IMG/VR virus record: IMGVR_UViG_3300018933_000004
Span: 14,791-78,790 of that record
Direction: 5' to 3' (one strand)
Source: a virus
DNA: 64,000 bases
Part shown: positions 1-8,924 of the stretch, in pieces
How the letters are laid out: every line of letters begins with the position of its first letter
How positions within the stretch are numbered: the stretch's first letter is position 1
Program-made: the position numbers and the translations under genes
Notes under the pieces: generated by a model
The model's input: only the letters and a program-made list of their open reading frames with translations
Told to the model about the DNA's origin: nothing
The model's database searches: none

Positions 1-247
1 GCGCGCCTACGCCGAGGCCGCCCGCGAGAGGCAGCGGAAGCTGGACGAGGAGATCTCGGAGATCCCGGGAAGCCGGGTCAACCCGTTCCACGCGCCCCTG
101 CGGCCGATCTGCGGCAGCGAACGCGGCTACAAGCTGCACATGAAGAAGGGTGAACTCCGGCTCGACATGCATCCAGAATGCACCTGTCGACGGGCCCATG
201 CTGAACACCGCGCTGAGAAGCGCCAGGAAGTGAAGGTTGCCGCATGA
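1..247 (+). CDS. Partial (5'-truncated) small Cys/His zinc-finger protein
   Basis: Frame from base 2 is open to TGA at 245-247 (...ICGSERGYKLHMKKGE...CTCRRAH...VAA*), a CG..GY..H.C..AH motif common in actinophage proteins; ATGA overlap with the next gene. Confidence 0.6.
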   Translation, partial: RAYAEAARERQRKLDEEISEIPGSRVNPFHAPLRPICGSERGYKLHMKKGELRLDMHPECTCRRAHAEHRAEKRQEVKVAA

Positions 248-543
248 CCGTCACCGCGCGCGGTCCCTGGCTCATCCCCTTCACCGGCGAGCCCGCAGGC
301 CGATGCCCGAAGTGCCTGACCACCCCGGCCACCACAGAATGGCACGACTCGGTCGTCGTCGGCATGTGCAAGGAGCGCCGCGACACCATCGCCGCCATGG
401 CCGACGAACCCGAGACCGTGCCGGACGAGACCACCGAGCACCTGTGCCGGGCCTGCCCCGAGTGCTTCTACACCTGGTCCGAGCACGTGGCCACCAAGGA
501 GGACCTGGCCCGGGTCAAGGCCGAGGGCAGCTATGTCGACTGA
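244..543 (+). CDS. Hypothetical zinc-ribbon protein
   Basis: CPKC and CPEC motifs; overlaps both neighbours as expected in an operon. Confidence 0.65.
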   Translation: MTVTARGPWLIPFTGEPAGRCPKCLTTPATTEWHDSVVVGMCKERRDTIAAMADEPETVPDETTEHLCRACPECFYTWSEHVATKEDLARVKAEGSYVD

Positions 544-1648
544 CCTGGACGAGCTGGCCGCGCTGCCGGACGACCACAAGTCCCAGCTCGCCCAGGGCGT
601 TCTCGACTCCCTCGGCATCCAGGTCAAGCGACAGGTTCGCGACGAACTGATCATCCCGTGTCCGGTCGGCCTCTTCCACAACGACCAGGAGCGCAACCCC
701 ACCGCCGCGCTGAACGCCTCGAAGCTGCTGTTCAACTGCCTGGGCTGCGAGTCGCGCGGCACCATCCTGTGGCTCATCGCCACGGTGCGCGGCGACATCA
801 CCATCGACGAGGCCCGCGAATGGCTCCTCGGCGAAGCCGGACTCACCCGGGCCGTCGGCCTGCCAGACATGCTGGCGTTCTTCGACGCGCTCTACACCCC
901 GAAGTCCCGGCCGCCCATGCCGGTCTACAGCCCCCGCATGCTGGAGCGCTGGCAGGACATCCCCGTCGACTACATCGTCCGGGAGCGCGGCATCTCCATG
1001 AATACCGCGCTGGCGATGCGGATTCGCCTCGACCCTGATGGCTTCATGGGCCCGCCGGAGGCCCGCGTGCGTACTGGGCCGCGAGCCGTCATCCCGCACT
1101 TCTGGAGGGGCCAGCTTGTTGGCTGGCAGTCCCGCCGCCTCCCTGGCGCCGACCCCACAGCGCCGAAGTATTTGAGCACGCCCGCCTTCCCGCGCGACGA
1201 GACGCTCTACGGGATGCCAGCCGAGGGTGTACTAGGGGCGGAGGAACTCGTTGTCGTCGAGTCGCCCATGAGCGTGCTCCGCCATCTAGGAAGGCGCATG
1301 ACCGCCACCTTCGGCGCCGTCGTCACCGACGAACAGATCGAGCACCTGGTGCGCGGCCGGAAGAAGCTGATCTGGTTCATGGACAACGACCCGGCCGGAT
1401 GGCGCGCCGTTGCGGGCCGCACCTTCAACGGCCGGTTCTTCCCCGGCGCTCCCGAGCGGGCCTCCCGCTGGTGCCAGAACTGGGTCGTCCAGAACCCGTT
1501 CGCCGCCGACCCCGCCGATATGTCCGACGAGCTGTACGACCTCCTCGTCCGCGAGCACGCGGTGCCCTGGCAAGTCTGGGAGCAGCCGAAGGTCCTCTAC
1601 TGCCACCGCTGCTTCAAGCCCGACCACACCGGAGCCTGTCGTGCCTGA
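533..1648 (+). CDS. DNA primase (CHC2 zinc finger + Toprim)
   Basis: CPVGLFHNDQERNPT...FNCLGC zinc-binding domain; PKYLSTP; VVVESPMS; WFMDNDPAG Toprim DxD motif. Confidence 0.9.
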   Translation: MSTDLDELAALPDDHKSQLAQGVLDSLGIQVKRQVRDELIIPCPVGLFHNDQERNPTAALNASKLLFNCLGCESRGTILWLIATVRGDITIDEAREWLLGEAGLTRAVGLPDMLAFFDALYTPKSRPPMPVYSPRMLERWQDIPVDYIVRERGISMNTALAMRIRLDPDGFMGPPEARVRTGPRAVIPHFWRGQLVGWQSRRLPGADPTAPKYLSTPAFPRDETLYGMPAEGVLGAEELVVVESPMSVLRHLGRRMTATFGAVVTDEQIEHLVRGRKKLIWFMDNDPAGWRAVAGRTFNGRFFPGAPERASRWCQNWVVQNPFAADPADMSDELYDLLVREHAVPWQVWEQPKVLYCHRCFKPDHTGACRA

Positions 1649-1805
1649 GTGCCCGCCCGGAGTCCACTCGATCTTCGACCCTTGCCCCGGCAACTGCACC
1701 GAGCCCCCCGAGGGCGCGGAGTACCACACCGTAAACGGCCAGCAGTACTTCTGCTACACCGACGACCACTACTGTCCCCCTGGCGCCTGGCCGCCCAAGG
1801 GATGA
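1641..1805 (+). CDS. Small Cys-rich hypothetical protein
   Basis: GTG at 1641 overlapping the primase end, VPECPPGVHSIFDPCPGNC...; typical codon usage. Confidence 0.4.
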   Translation: MPECPPGVHSIFDPCPGNCTEPPEGAEYHTVNGQQYFCYTDDHYCPPGAWPPKG

Positions 1806-1820
1806 CCCCAGGAGGAACGT

Positions 1821-1967
1821 ATGCTGCAGAAGTTCGGCACCGGTGACATCGTTGGCTGCTCGAAGACCGGGATCGAACGCCTGCTCGTCGAGGCCAGCGG
1901 CGAGTTCGGCGAGGCGGAGCGGGCGGAAATCCTTGCTGAGGGTGAAGAGGAGAGCGAGGGAGAGTAG
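1821..1967 (+). CDS. Small acidic hypothetical protein (48 aa)
   Basis: AGGAGG RBS before ATG 1821; MLQKFGTGDIVGCSKTGIERLL...EEESEGE*; below the ORF-track size cutoff. Confidence 0.5.
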   Translation: MLQKFGTGDIVGCSKTGIERLLVEASGEFGEAERAEILAEGEEESEGE

Positions 1968-1970
1968 GCG

Positions 1971-2720
1971 ATGACGGGACTGCAGTTGGTCGGCCGTCCC
2001 GAGCATGCCATCGTCTCCACCAGCACCGCCCTCGTAGCCGCCCCGCCCCGTCCGACGCCGGTCGTCCACGACGTGAATGGCTACTACGCCAAGCTCGGCG
2101 TGCCGCCGACTGCGACCAAGCGGGAGCTCCGCGAGGCGTACCAGGCTCTGGACGGCCAGGGCAGCGTCGAGCTCACCCGGATCTTCAAGATCCTGATCAA
2201 TGCCAAGACGCGGGCCGCGTACGACGCCAAGCCGCCCGGCTCGACATACTTCGACGCGGCCGCCGTCGAGACACTCCTGCGCCAAGCGGCCGTCCAGGCT
2301 GCCCGGCAGAACGCCGAATACGGCACGGAGACGACCGCCCAAGACATTCTTGAAACTCTGGCGGAGCGCACCGGAAAGCCACTTCTTCAATTCCTTGATT
2401 CGGGGCCCGGTGAAGGATTTCATGATGACGGAGAGAGGGGCCGCCATCCCTCATCCGACACCTCAGACGCATGGGCGTACTCCTACCTGCTCCTGGGCTC
2501 TACCTGCGACGACGTCGCCAGACTGACCCTGTGGCAGCAAGGTCTCACCCGCGCGCTGGCAGACCGTCGATGCCCCCAGTTCACGGTGGGATTCCACGCG
2601 ATGCCGGGACGGCCATTTCTTGTGGCGAAGGACCTCGGAATCCCCGTGTTCTTCCTCCACGAAGACCAGCCGGTCACTGAGGAGTTGATCGCGGCAGCCG
2701 CCACTGCCGTCGTCTCCTGA
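1971..2720 (+). CDS. DnaJ-like (J-domain) protein lacking the HPD motif
   Basis: YYAKLGVPPTATKRELREAY...ILINAKTRAAYD matches J-domain helices I, II and IV. Confidence 0.7.
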   Translation: MTGLQLVGRPEHAIVSTSTALVAAPPRPTPVVHDVNGYYAKLGVPPTATKRELREAYQALDGQGSVELTRIFKILINAKTRAAYDAKPPGSTYFDAAAVETLLRQAAVQAARQNAEYGTETTAQDILETLAERTGKPLLQFLDSGPGEGFHDDGERGRHPSSDTSDAWAYSYLLLGSTCDDVARLTLWQQGLTRALADRRCPQFTVGFHAMPGRPFLVAKDLGIPVFFLHEDQPVTEELIAAAATAVVS

Positions 2721-2749
2721 CACCTCCATCAAGATCATCAGGAGCCTTC

Positions 2750-3742
2750 GTGACCGCCAACACGAGCCCCGTCATGTCCTTCCGCCGTGGTGGCTCTGCC
2801 GCCGAGCAGGCCGAGAAGGAGGCCAACGTCTCCTCTTCCGGCCGCCGTGGCCCGGACTTCTTCGGCCTGAAGGAGGACGGCGAGTCGACCGTCATCCGCC
2901 TTCTCACCGACCACGACGACTGGATCTGGGTCGACCAGCACAGCTTTGTGCCGACCAAGCCGGGTCCCAAGGACGCTGAGAAGTGGCCGAAGTCGATGAC
3001 CTCGGTCTGCCGCAAGGACAACGCCTTCGAGGGCCACTACAGCGACTGCTACATCTGCGACGCCAAGCTCAAGAACTCCTTCGGCAAGGTCGCCACCCCC
3101 CGCATCCGCGTCTGGGCCCTCGCCATCGAGCGCGAGCTGGTGCGCGGCGACGGCAGCGAGGCCCTCGGCGGCCCGGCCAAGCAGGGCGTCGTCATCGGAG
3201 TCCGCGACAAGGTCGACGAGGTCGACGAGCTCGGCGCCGACGGCAAGGCGACCGGCAACAAGCTGAGCTACCCCCGCATCATCGTGATCAACATGCCGAT
3301 GAAGGGGTTCTTCTCCCACCTCAAGGCCATCCACGGCCTGTACGGCACGGTCGTCGACCGGGACTTCCAGGTCACCCGCAGCGGCACCGGCACCGACACC
3401 GAGTACAAGTTCGCCGCGATCGACCCGATCCGCGACGCCACCGGCACCAACGTCGTCGCCCCCGGCACCCCCGCCTGGGACAAGTACCTCCAGGCCGTCA
3501 ACGAGCGCGAGATCAGCCTGGAAGCCATCGTCGCCGACAAGGCCACCGACGAGTACTACGCCCGATTCTTCGACCCCACCAAGACGGTCGAGAAGGACGG
3601 CACCATCGTCGCCGCCACGGCGGCCACCGCAGGAGTGGTGAACCTCCCGGCCGCCGACGCCGCCAGCGGCGCGGCGAACATTTCGGACGACCTGCGCAGC
3701 CGCATCCAGATGCTCGGCACCCCGCAGGCTCCCGCCGCCTGA
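2750..3742 (+). CDS. Single-stranded DNA-binding protein (T4 gp32-like)
   Basis: VIRLL...QH, C..CxxC zinc site, VTRSGTGTDTEYKF OB-fold turn; position between primase and polymerase; AGGAG RBS. Confidence 0.7.
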   Translation: MTANTSPVMSFRRGGSAAEQAEKEANVSSSGRRGPDFFGLKEDGESTVIRLLTDHDDWIWVDQHSFVPTKPGPKDAEKWPKSMTSVCRKDNAFEGHYSDCYICDAKLKNSFGKVATPRIRVWALAIERELVRGDGSEALGGPAKQGVVIGVRDKVDEVDELGADGKATGNKLSYPRIIVINMPMKGFFSHLKAIHGLYGTVVDRDFQVTRSGTGTDTEYKFAAIDPIRDATGTNVVAPGTPAWDKYLQAVNEREISLEAIVADKATDEYYARFFDPTKTVEKDGTIVAATAATAGVVNLPAADAASGAANISDDLRSRIQMLGTPQAPAA

Positions 3743-3758
3743 CCCAGGCGCACAGACA

Positions 3759-3895
3759 CCGGCCCGCCCCGGGCGCCCGTCAGATACGGGCCCCAGCCCG
3801 CCAAGGGCTGGTTTGTTCGCCCGGGGCGGGCCGGGCCAACCGCTCGCCTCCGCCAAGGCGAGACCCCTCCGCCCGGCCGCAAGGCGGAGAGGCGG
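3759..3895 (+). promoter_or_regulatory. Structured intergenic leader upstream of dnaE
   Basis: 17-bp perfect inverted repeat (3759-3775 / 3818-3834) enclosing two hairpins, followed by two further hairpins. Confidence 0.45.
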
Positions 3896-3966
3896 CGGCA
3901 TGGGGATTGGTGTCGGAAACCCCTGCGCGGCCGTCCCCACATCTACAGGACGCAAGGACCACCACC

Positions 3967-6900
3967 GTGCTGCGCCTTATCAGCTCCTACGCATCCAACG
4001 CCCCTTATGTGCAGATTGGCGAATTTAGTGCCCAACTCCCCGCGCTCGTCGAGCACGAGGATGACGGCACCCGCTGGCTGGTCGTCCCCGCCGCCGCCCC
4101 CGTCATCGTTGCGCCGCTGATCTGGCGCCGCGCGCTCGCCGACGGCGCTGCCGGAGTCATGGAGGCACTGGAGGACGGCGTCGCAGCTGTCCCGGTGCAC
4201 ATGATCGAAGAACAGGACCTCGACGGCGGCAGGCTGTGCCTCGCCTACAGCCGCAACGCACTCTTCGACTCCGAAGACGGCATCCCCACCTACCACGCGG
4301 TCCTCGACCAGCTCGAAGCCAAGCAGGACCCGCCCACGGCGGACTCCGGCTTCGTGCACCTGCACACCCACAGCGAGTACAGCCCGCTCGACGGCCTGTC
4401 CCGCATGGACGAGATCGTCCGCGAGGTCACCGCCCACGGCCAGACCGCGATCGGCATCACCGACCACGGCACCTGTGCCGGGCACCCCGAGCTCCAGCGC
4501 GCGGCCGACAAGGCCGGGATCAAGCCGATCTTCGGCATCGAGGCCAACCTGACCGACGAGCGGAAGCTGCGCGGCCCGGACGTCGCCGACGACCTGCGCT
4601 TCCAGGGCCACACCAGCCGCGAGGGCAAGCCCATTACCCCGGCCCAGGCCCTGCAGAACCACTACTGGCACCTGTGCCTGTTCGCTGAGAGCAACACCGG
4701 CCTGCGCAACATCTGGGCCGCCAGCACCGAGTCCTTCCGCGACGGCTTCTACGGCCGCCCCCGCATGGACTGGGAGACCCTCGCCCGCTTCAACGAGGGC
4801 GTCATCGCCTCCACCGGCTGCCTGCGCGGCCCCGTCGCCGTCGCCATCAAGGCCGGAGACCTGGAGCTGGCCCGCCAGCGCCTCACCCGCCTGATGGACA
4901 TCTATCCCGGCCGCCTCTACGTCGAGCTGCAGCCCAACGACCTGCCCGAGCAGCGCCTGGTCAACGAGACCATGATCGCGCTGGCCCGCGAGTTCGACCT
5001 GCCGCTGCTGGCCACCGTCGACTCCCACTTCCCGACCGCCGACGACGCCCACTCCCACGACGTCTGGATCGCCTGCCAGACCAACAAGGACGTCCAGGAC
5101 GAGGGCGACATCTTCTCCGAGCACCTCGACCTGTACGTCATGGGCGAGGACCAGGTCCGCGCCGGACTCGCCTACCTCGGCCAGGACGCCGTCGAGGAAG
5201 CCGTCGCCAACACGGCCGCCCTCACCGAGCGCTGCAACGCCCGCATCGAGGGCGAGACCGCCACCCCGTCCTTCACCGGCGACCCGGAAGAGGACCACAG
5301 GCGCCTGCACCAGCTGTGCACCGCCAACTGGGACCGCATCCCGGCCAACCTCTCCCACGACGAGACCGCCGCCTACATGGAGCGCTACCAGCGCGAGATG
5401 GAGCTCCTCGTCGACAAGGGCTTCTGCGGCTACTACCTGATGGTCGCGGACTACGTCGGCTGGGCCAAGGATCGCAACATCCTCGTCGGCCCCGGACGCG
5501 GCTCCGGCGGCGGCTCGCTCGTCGCCTACCTCGCCCGCATCACCTCCCTCGACCCGGTCCGGCACGACCTGCTCTTCGAGCGGTTCCTGACCCGGGGCCG
5601 CGCGGGCCTGCCTGACTTCGACGTCGACTTCCCCGCCAGCAAGAAGGCCGAGATCCTCGGCTACCTCCGCGAGCGCTGGGGCGAGCGCAACGTCGTCTCC
5701 ATCGGCTCCGAGCTCCGCCTGAAGAACAAGGCCGTCATCAACGAGCTCGTGCGCACGCTGGCCTCCCAGCTCCCCGAGGGCGCGGCCGCCGACCTCCGCC
5801 AGGTCTCCACCCTCATCGACGAGGCCGAAGCAGGCACCGCCGGGCTCGGCATGTCCTGGGAGGACCTCTGGATCCAGCACGGCGAGCAGCTCCAGCCGTT
5901 CGCCGACCGCTACCCGCAGCTGTTCGCCATGGCCGAGCGCCTCGTCGGCCGACTGAAGTCCTACGGCCGCCACGCGGCCGGTGTCGTCATCTCCACCGGC
6001 GCCCCGCTCACCGACTGGCTGCCGATGCGCACCATCGACGGAGAAGAGCAGATGGTCACCCAGTGGGCCATGGGCGACGTCGAAGCCATCGGCCTGGTCA
6101 AATTCGACATTCTGACCCTGCGCACCCTGGACACCATCCAGCAGACCCTCGACCTCGTGCGCGAACAGCGCCGCTACGAGATCGACCTGGAAGAGTTCGA
6201 GGAGGAGTTCGAGGATCCCCTGGTCTGGGAGGAGCTGCAGGCCGCCCACACCCTCGGCGTCTTCCAGATCGAGACCCACTCCGGCACCCGCCTGTGCGAA
6301 CGCATGCGCCCGACCAACGTTGCCGAGCTCGCCGACATGGTCACCATCGTCCGGCCCGGCCCCATGAACTCCGGCCTGACCGACCTCTACCTCCGCCGCC
6401 GCGCGGGTGAGCAGGCCGTCTCCTACCCCGACCTCCGCCTGGAACAGGTCCTGGCGCCCACCTACGGCGCCATGATCTACCAGGAGCAGGTCATGGCCGT
6501 CACCCGCCTGCTGGCCGGGTACGACGAGTCCGAGGCCGACGGCGTGCGCCGCATCCTCGGCAAGAAGAAGGTCTCCGCCATCGCCGACGCCGGGAAGGAG
6601 TTCCTGGAGCGCGTCGACATGGCCCGCGACGCCGCCGAACGCCTGTGGGCCCAGATGGCCGAGTTCTCCAAGTACGGCTTCAACAAGAGCCACGCCTACG
6701 CCTACGCGTTCCTCGCCTACTGGACCGCGTTCCTCAAGGTCAACTACCCCCGCGAGTTCCTCGTCGCCGCCATGTCCACCGTCGACAAGGACCGCGTCCC
6801 GGAGTTCGTCAAGGAGGCCCGCCGCCTGGACGTCCAGGTGCTCCCCCCGGACATCAACCACTCCGGCCCCGGCTTCACCGCCGACCCCGAGCGCTACGCC

Positions 6901-7704
6901 GTCCGCTACGGCCTCGGCTCCGTCAAGGGCGTCGGCGACGTCGCCGTCCGCGCCCTCGTCGAGCACCAGCCGTACGCCTCCTGGGAGGACTTCGAGACCC
7001 GCCGCAGCCCCAAGGCCAACGCGGGCGTCGTGGCCCTCCTGGCACGCGTCGGCGCCTTCGACACCCTCGTGGCGAACCGGCGCGGCCTGGAGGCCAAGCT
7101 ACTCGCTGCCAAGACTGGCGAGGCCGCTCGTTGCACACACTGGAGCGACGACCCCGAGCGCCTGGAACCGCTGGCACACCTCGGCGGCCCGCCGGTGTGT
7201 GCGTTCAACTGGGCCAACGAGCCCGCCCGGGTCAACAGGCGCACCAACAAGGTCCTCAACCGCAAAGCCCCTCCGAAACGCTGCACCAAGGCCTGCCGCC
7301 AGTACACCGCGCCGCCGCCGCTGCAGATCGAGACCGTCGACCCCTACAGCCCGGTCGACGTCCGGACCATCGAGCACGAGATGCTCGGCACCTACCTCAG
7401 CTCCACGCCGTTCGACGACCTCGACCCGAACGACCGTGCCGTCTGCCGCGCCCAGGCCGAGCAGCTGGCCACCGGCCCCAACGGCACTTACTACGTCGCC
7501 GCGATCGTCACCGGAGCCCGCCCCCACAAGACGGGCGAGATGGGCTTTCTGACCCTTGAGACCGAACTGTCCAATCTCCGTGTCGCGGTCTTCCGCGACG
7601 CCTGGGCCGTCGAGCAGCGCCGCTTCGTCAAGGGCGCCCTCTGCCTGGCCGAACTCCGCAAGAACGACCGAGGCCTCAGCCTCGTCACCTACCAGCCCCT
7701 GTGA
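3967..7704 (+). CDS. dnaE: DNA polymerase III alpha subunit (family C)
   Basis: PHP domain FVHLHTHSEYSPLDG; GPGRGSGGGS; LPDFDVDF; GLVKFDIL; YGFNKSH; C-terminal OB fold. Start taken at GTG 3967 after AAGGA, not at the ORF-track start 2983. Confidence 0.95.
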   Translation: MLRLISSYASNAPYVQIGEFSAQLPALVEHEDDGTRWLVVPAAAPVIVAPLIWRRALADGAAGVMEALEDGVAAVPVHMIEEQDLDGGRLCLAYSRNALFDSEDGIPTYHAVLDQLEAKQDPPTADSGFVHLHTHSEYSPLDGLSRMDEIVREVTAHGQTAIGITDHGTCAGHPELQRAADKAGIKPIFGIEANLTDERKLRGPDVADDLRFQGHTSREGKPITPAQALQNHYWHLCLFAESNTGLRNIWAASTESFRDGFYGRPRMDWETLARFNEGVIASTGCLRGPVAVAIKAGDLELARQRLTRLMDIYPGRLYVELQPNDLPEQRLVNETMIALAREFDLPLLATVDSHFPTADDAHSHDVWIACQTNKDVQDEGDIFSEHLDLYVMGEDQVRAGLAYLGQDAVEEAVANTAALTERCNARIEGETATPSFTGDPEEDHRRLHQLCTANWDRIPANLSHDETAAYMERYQREMELLVDKGFCGYYLMVADYVGWAKDRNILVGPGRGSGGGSLVAYLARITSLDPVRHDLLFERFLTRGRAGLPDFDVDFPASKKAEILGYLRERWGERNVVSIGSELRLKNKAVINELVRTLASQLPEGAAADLRQVSTLIDEAEAGTAGLGMSWEDLWIQHGEQLQPFADRYPQLFAMAERLVGRLKSYGRHAAGVVISTGAPLTDWLPMRTIDGEEQMVTQWAMGDVEAIGLVKFDILTLRTLDTIQQTLDLVREQRRYEIDLEEFEEEFEDPLVWEELQAAHTLGVFQIETHSGTRLCERMRPTNVAELADMVTIVRPGPMNSGLTDLYLRRRAGEQAVSYPDLRLEQVLAPTYGAMIYQEQVMAVTRLLAGYDESEADGVRRILGKKKVSAIADAGKEFLERVDMARDAAERLWAQMAEFSKYGFNKSHAYAYAFLAYWTAFLKVNYPREFLVAAMSTVDKDRVPEFVKEARRLDVQVLPPDINHSGPGFTADPERYAVRYGLGSVKGVGDVAVRALVEHQPYASWEDFETRRSPKANAGVVALLARVGAFDTLVANRRGLEAKLLAAKTGEAARCTHWSDDPERLEPLAHLGGPPVCAFNWANEPARVNRRTNKVLNRKAPPKRCTKACRQYTAPPPLQIETVDPYSPVDVRTIEHEMLGTYLSSTPFDDLDPNDRAVCRAQAEQLATGPNGTYYVAAIVTGARPHKTGEMGFLTLETELSNLRVAVFRDAWAVEQRRFVKGALCLAELRKNDRGLSLVTYQPL

Positions 7705-7712
7705 GGCCCACC

Positions 7713-8207
7713 ATGACCCGCGTCATCCGGAACACCACCACCGAGGCCCAGCACGACTGGCCCGAGGACGTCTTCATCCAGGGCGGCGAGCGTGGCGTGG
7801 TCCTCGGCGGGCCCAACGGCGCCTACCAGACCGCCTTCTTCGAGGCCTTCCCCCAGGACCCCCGCAGCGGCTTCATGCGCGGAGAAGGCAAGACCCTCGC
7901 CGAGGCCGAGGAGAGCGCCTGGAGGCAGTACCAGGTCTGGCTCAACTGCGATAACACCGGCCAGGGACACGGCCCCTACGAGCGCCGCCAGTACCGCAAC
8001 GGCGCCGGGTTCTGCACCCGCTGCGGCATCTGGATGAGCAAGGTCTTCGAGCCCCTCCCCGACGAAGACGAGCCCGGCAGGAAGCGCAGCCTCGCAGAGC
8101 GCGTCTTCGTCGACCAGGAACCCGAGGCGATCGAAGAGGTCCTCACCACCATGGCGAACGCCGCCGACCTGCCCCACGCCCCGACCGGTGACCACAACCA
8201 GGAGTAG
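7713..8207 (+). CDS. Hypothetical protein with Cys motif
   Basis: ATG 7713; C...GFCTRCG; operon context. Confidence 0.7.
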   Translation: MTRVIRNTTTEAQHDWPEDVFIQGGERGVVLGGPNGAYQTAFFEAFPQDPRSGFMRGEGKTLAEAEESAWRQYQVWLNCDNTGQGHGPYERRQYRNGAGFCTRCGIWMSKVFEPLPDEDEPGRKRSLAERVFVDQEPEAIEEVLTTMANAADLPHAPTGDHNQE

Positions 8208-8212
8208 CCACC

Positions 8213-8848
8213 ATGCCCTTGATCCCCTCCATCAGCCACCCGTACTGGACTCCTCTCGGAGACGCCTGCCGCAAGGCCCGTACCGGCCTGCAGATCTCCC
8301 AGTCCAGGATCGCCGCCCTGGTCGGCCTGACAGTCCGCGAGTACGCCGCCCTGGAGTCCGGCTTCATCCCGCCGGAGATCGCTGACTCCCTCGGCCGCCT
8401 CGACCTGGCCCGCCTCGACGCGGCCTTCGGCTGGGACTCAGGCACCGCGCGCGGCTACGTCGACGAAGCCCTCGCAGCTGCCGCGCGCCCCGGCACGACC
8501 ATCCTGGTGTTCCAGAGCAGCCAGGTCACCCCCGAAGGCGACCGTTCCACTTACCCGCCCGCCGCCTGGGCCCGGCTCGGCAAGGCCGTTCGCGCGACCC
8601 GCCTGGCGGAGAAGCTGTCCCGCGCCGAGCTGGCCTACGCCATGAAGTCCTCCAGCAAGACGATCATGCGCCTGGAGGAGGGCCGCATCTACGGCGACCC
8701 GCGCACCGCCCCGCCCGGCGACTACAACTCCGAGCGGTACATCCTGCGCCGCCTGGTCCTCATGGAGTTCTACTTGGGCTGGGAGAGGGACCAGGCCCTG
8801 CGAATCCTGCAGGGCGAGAATCGCGACTCTGTCAGTCCCGCCGCGTAA
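8213..8848 (+). CDS. Tandem XRE-type helix-turn-helix regulator
   Basis: Two HTH_3-like units: ACRKARTGLQISQSRIAALVG...YAALESG and AVRATRLAEKLSRAELAYAM...IMRLEEG. Confidence 0.8.
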   Translation: MPLIPSISHPYWTPLGDACRKARTGLQISQSRIAALVGLTVREYAALESGFIPPEIADSLGRLDLARLDAAFGWDSGTARGYVDEALAAAARPGTTILVFQSSQVTPEGDRSTYPPAAWARLGKAVRATRLAEKLSRAELAYAMKSSSKTIMRLEEGRIYGDPRTAPPGDYNSERYILRRLVLMEFYLGWERDQALRILQGENRDSVSPAA

Positions 8849-8924
8849 GCTCCGATACCGAGCCGACCCGCCATTGGCCACAGCTGACCGCCATCAGCTA
8901 CTCCTGCCGCCAAGGAGCCCCTGC

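Noticed and set aside
2983-3966. ORF-track N-terminal extension making DnaE 1573 aa
   Set aside because: It overlaps the SSB gene out of frame and the structured intergenic region, and is R/P/G-rich shadow sequence; an RBS supports a start at 3967
3943-6966. 1007-aa antisense ORF (also 11468-13273, 23122-25782, 53837-55780, 55686-57653 and similar)
   Set aside because: Typical high-GC shadow ORFs opposite genes with clear motifs
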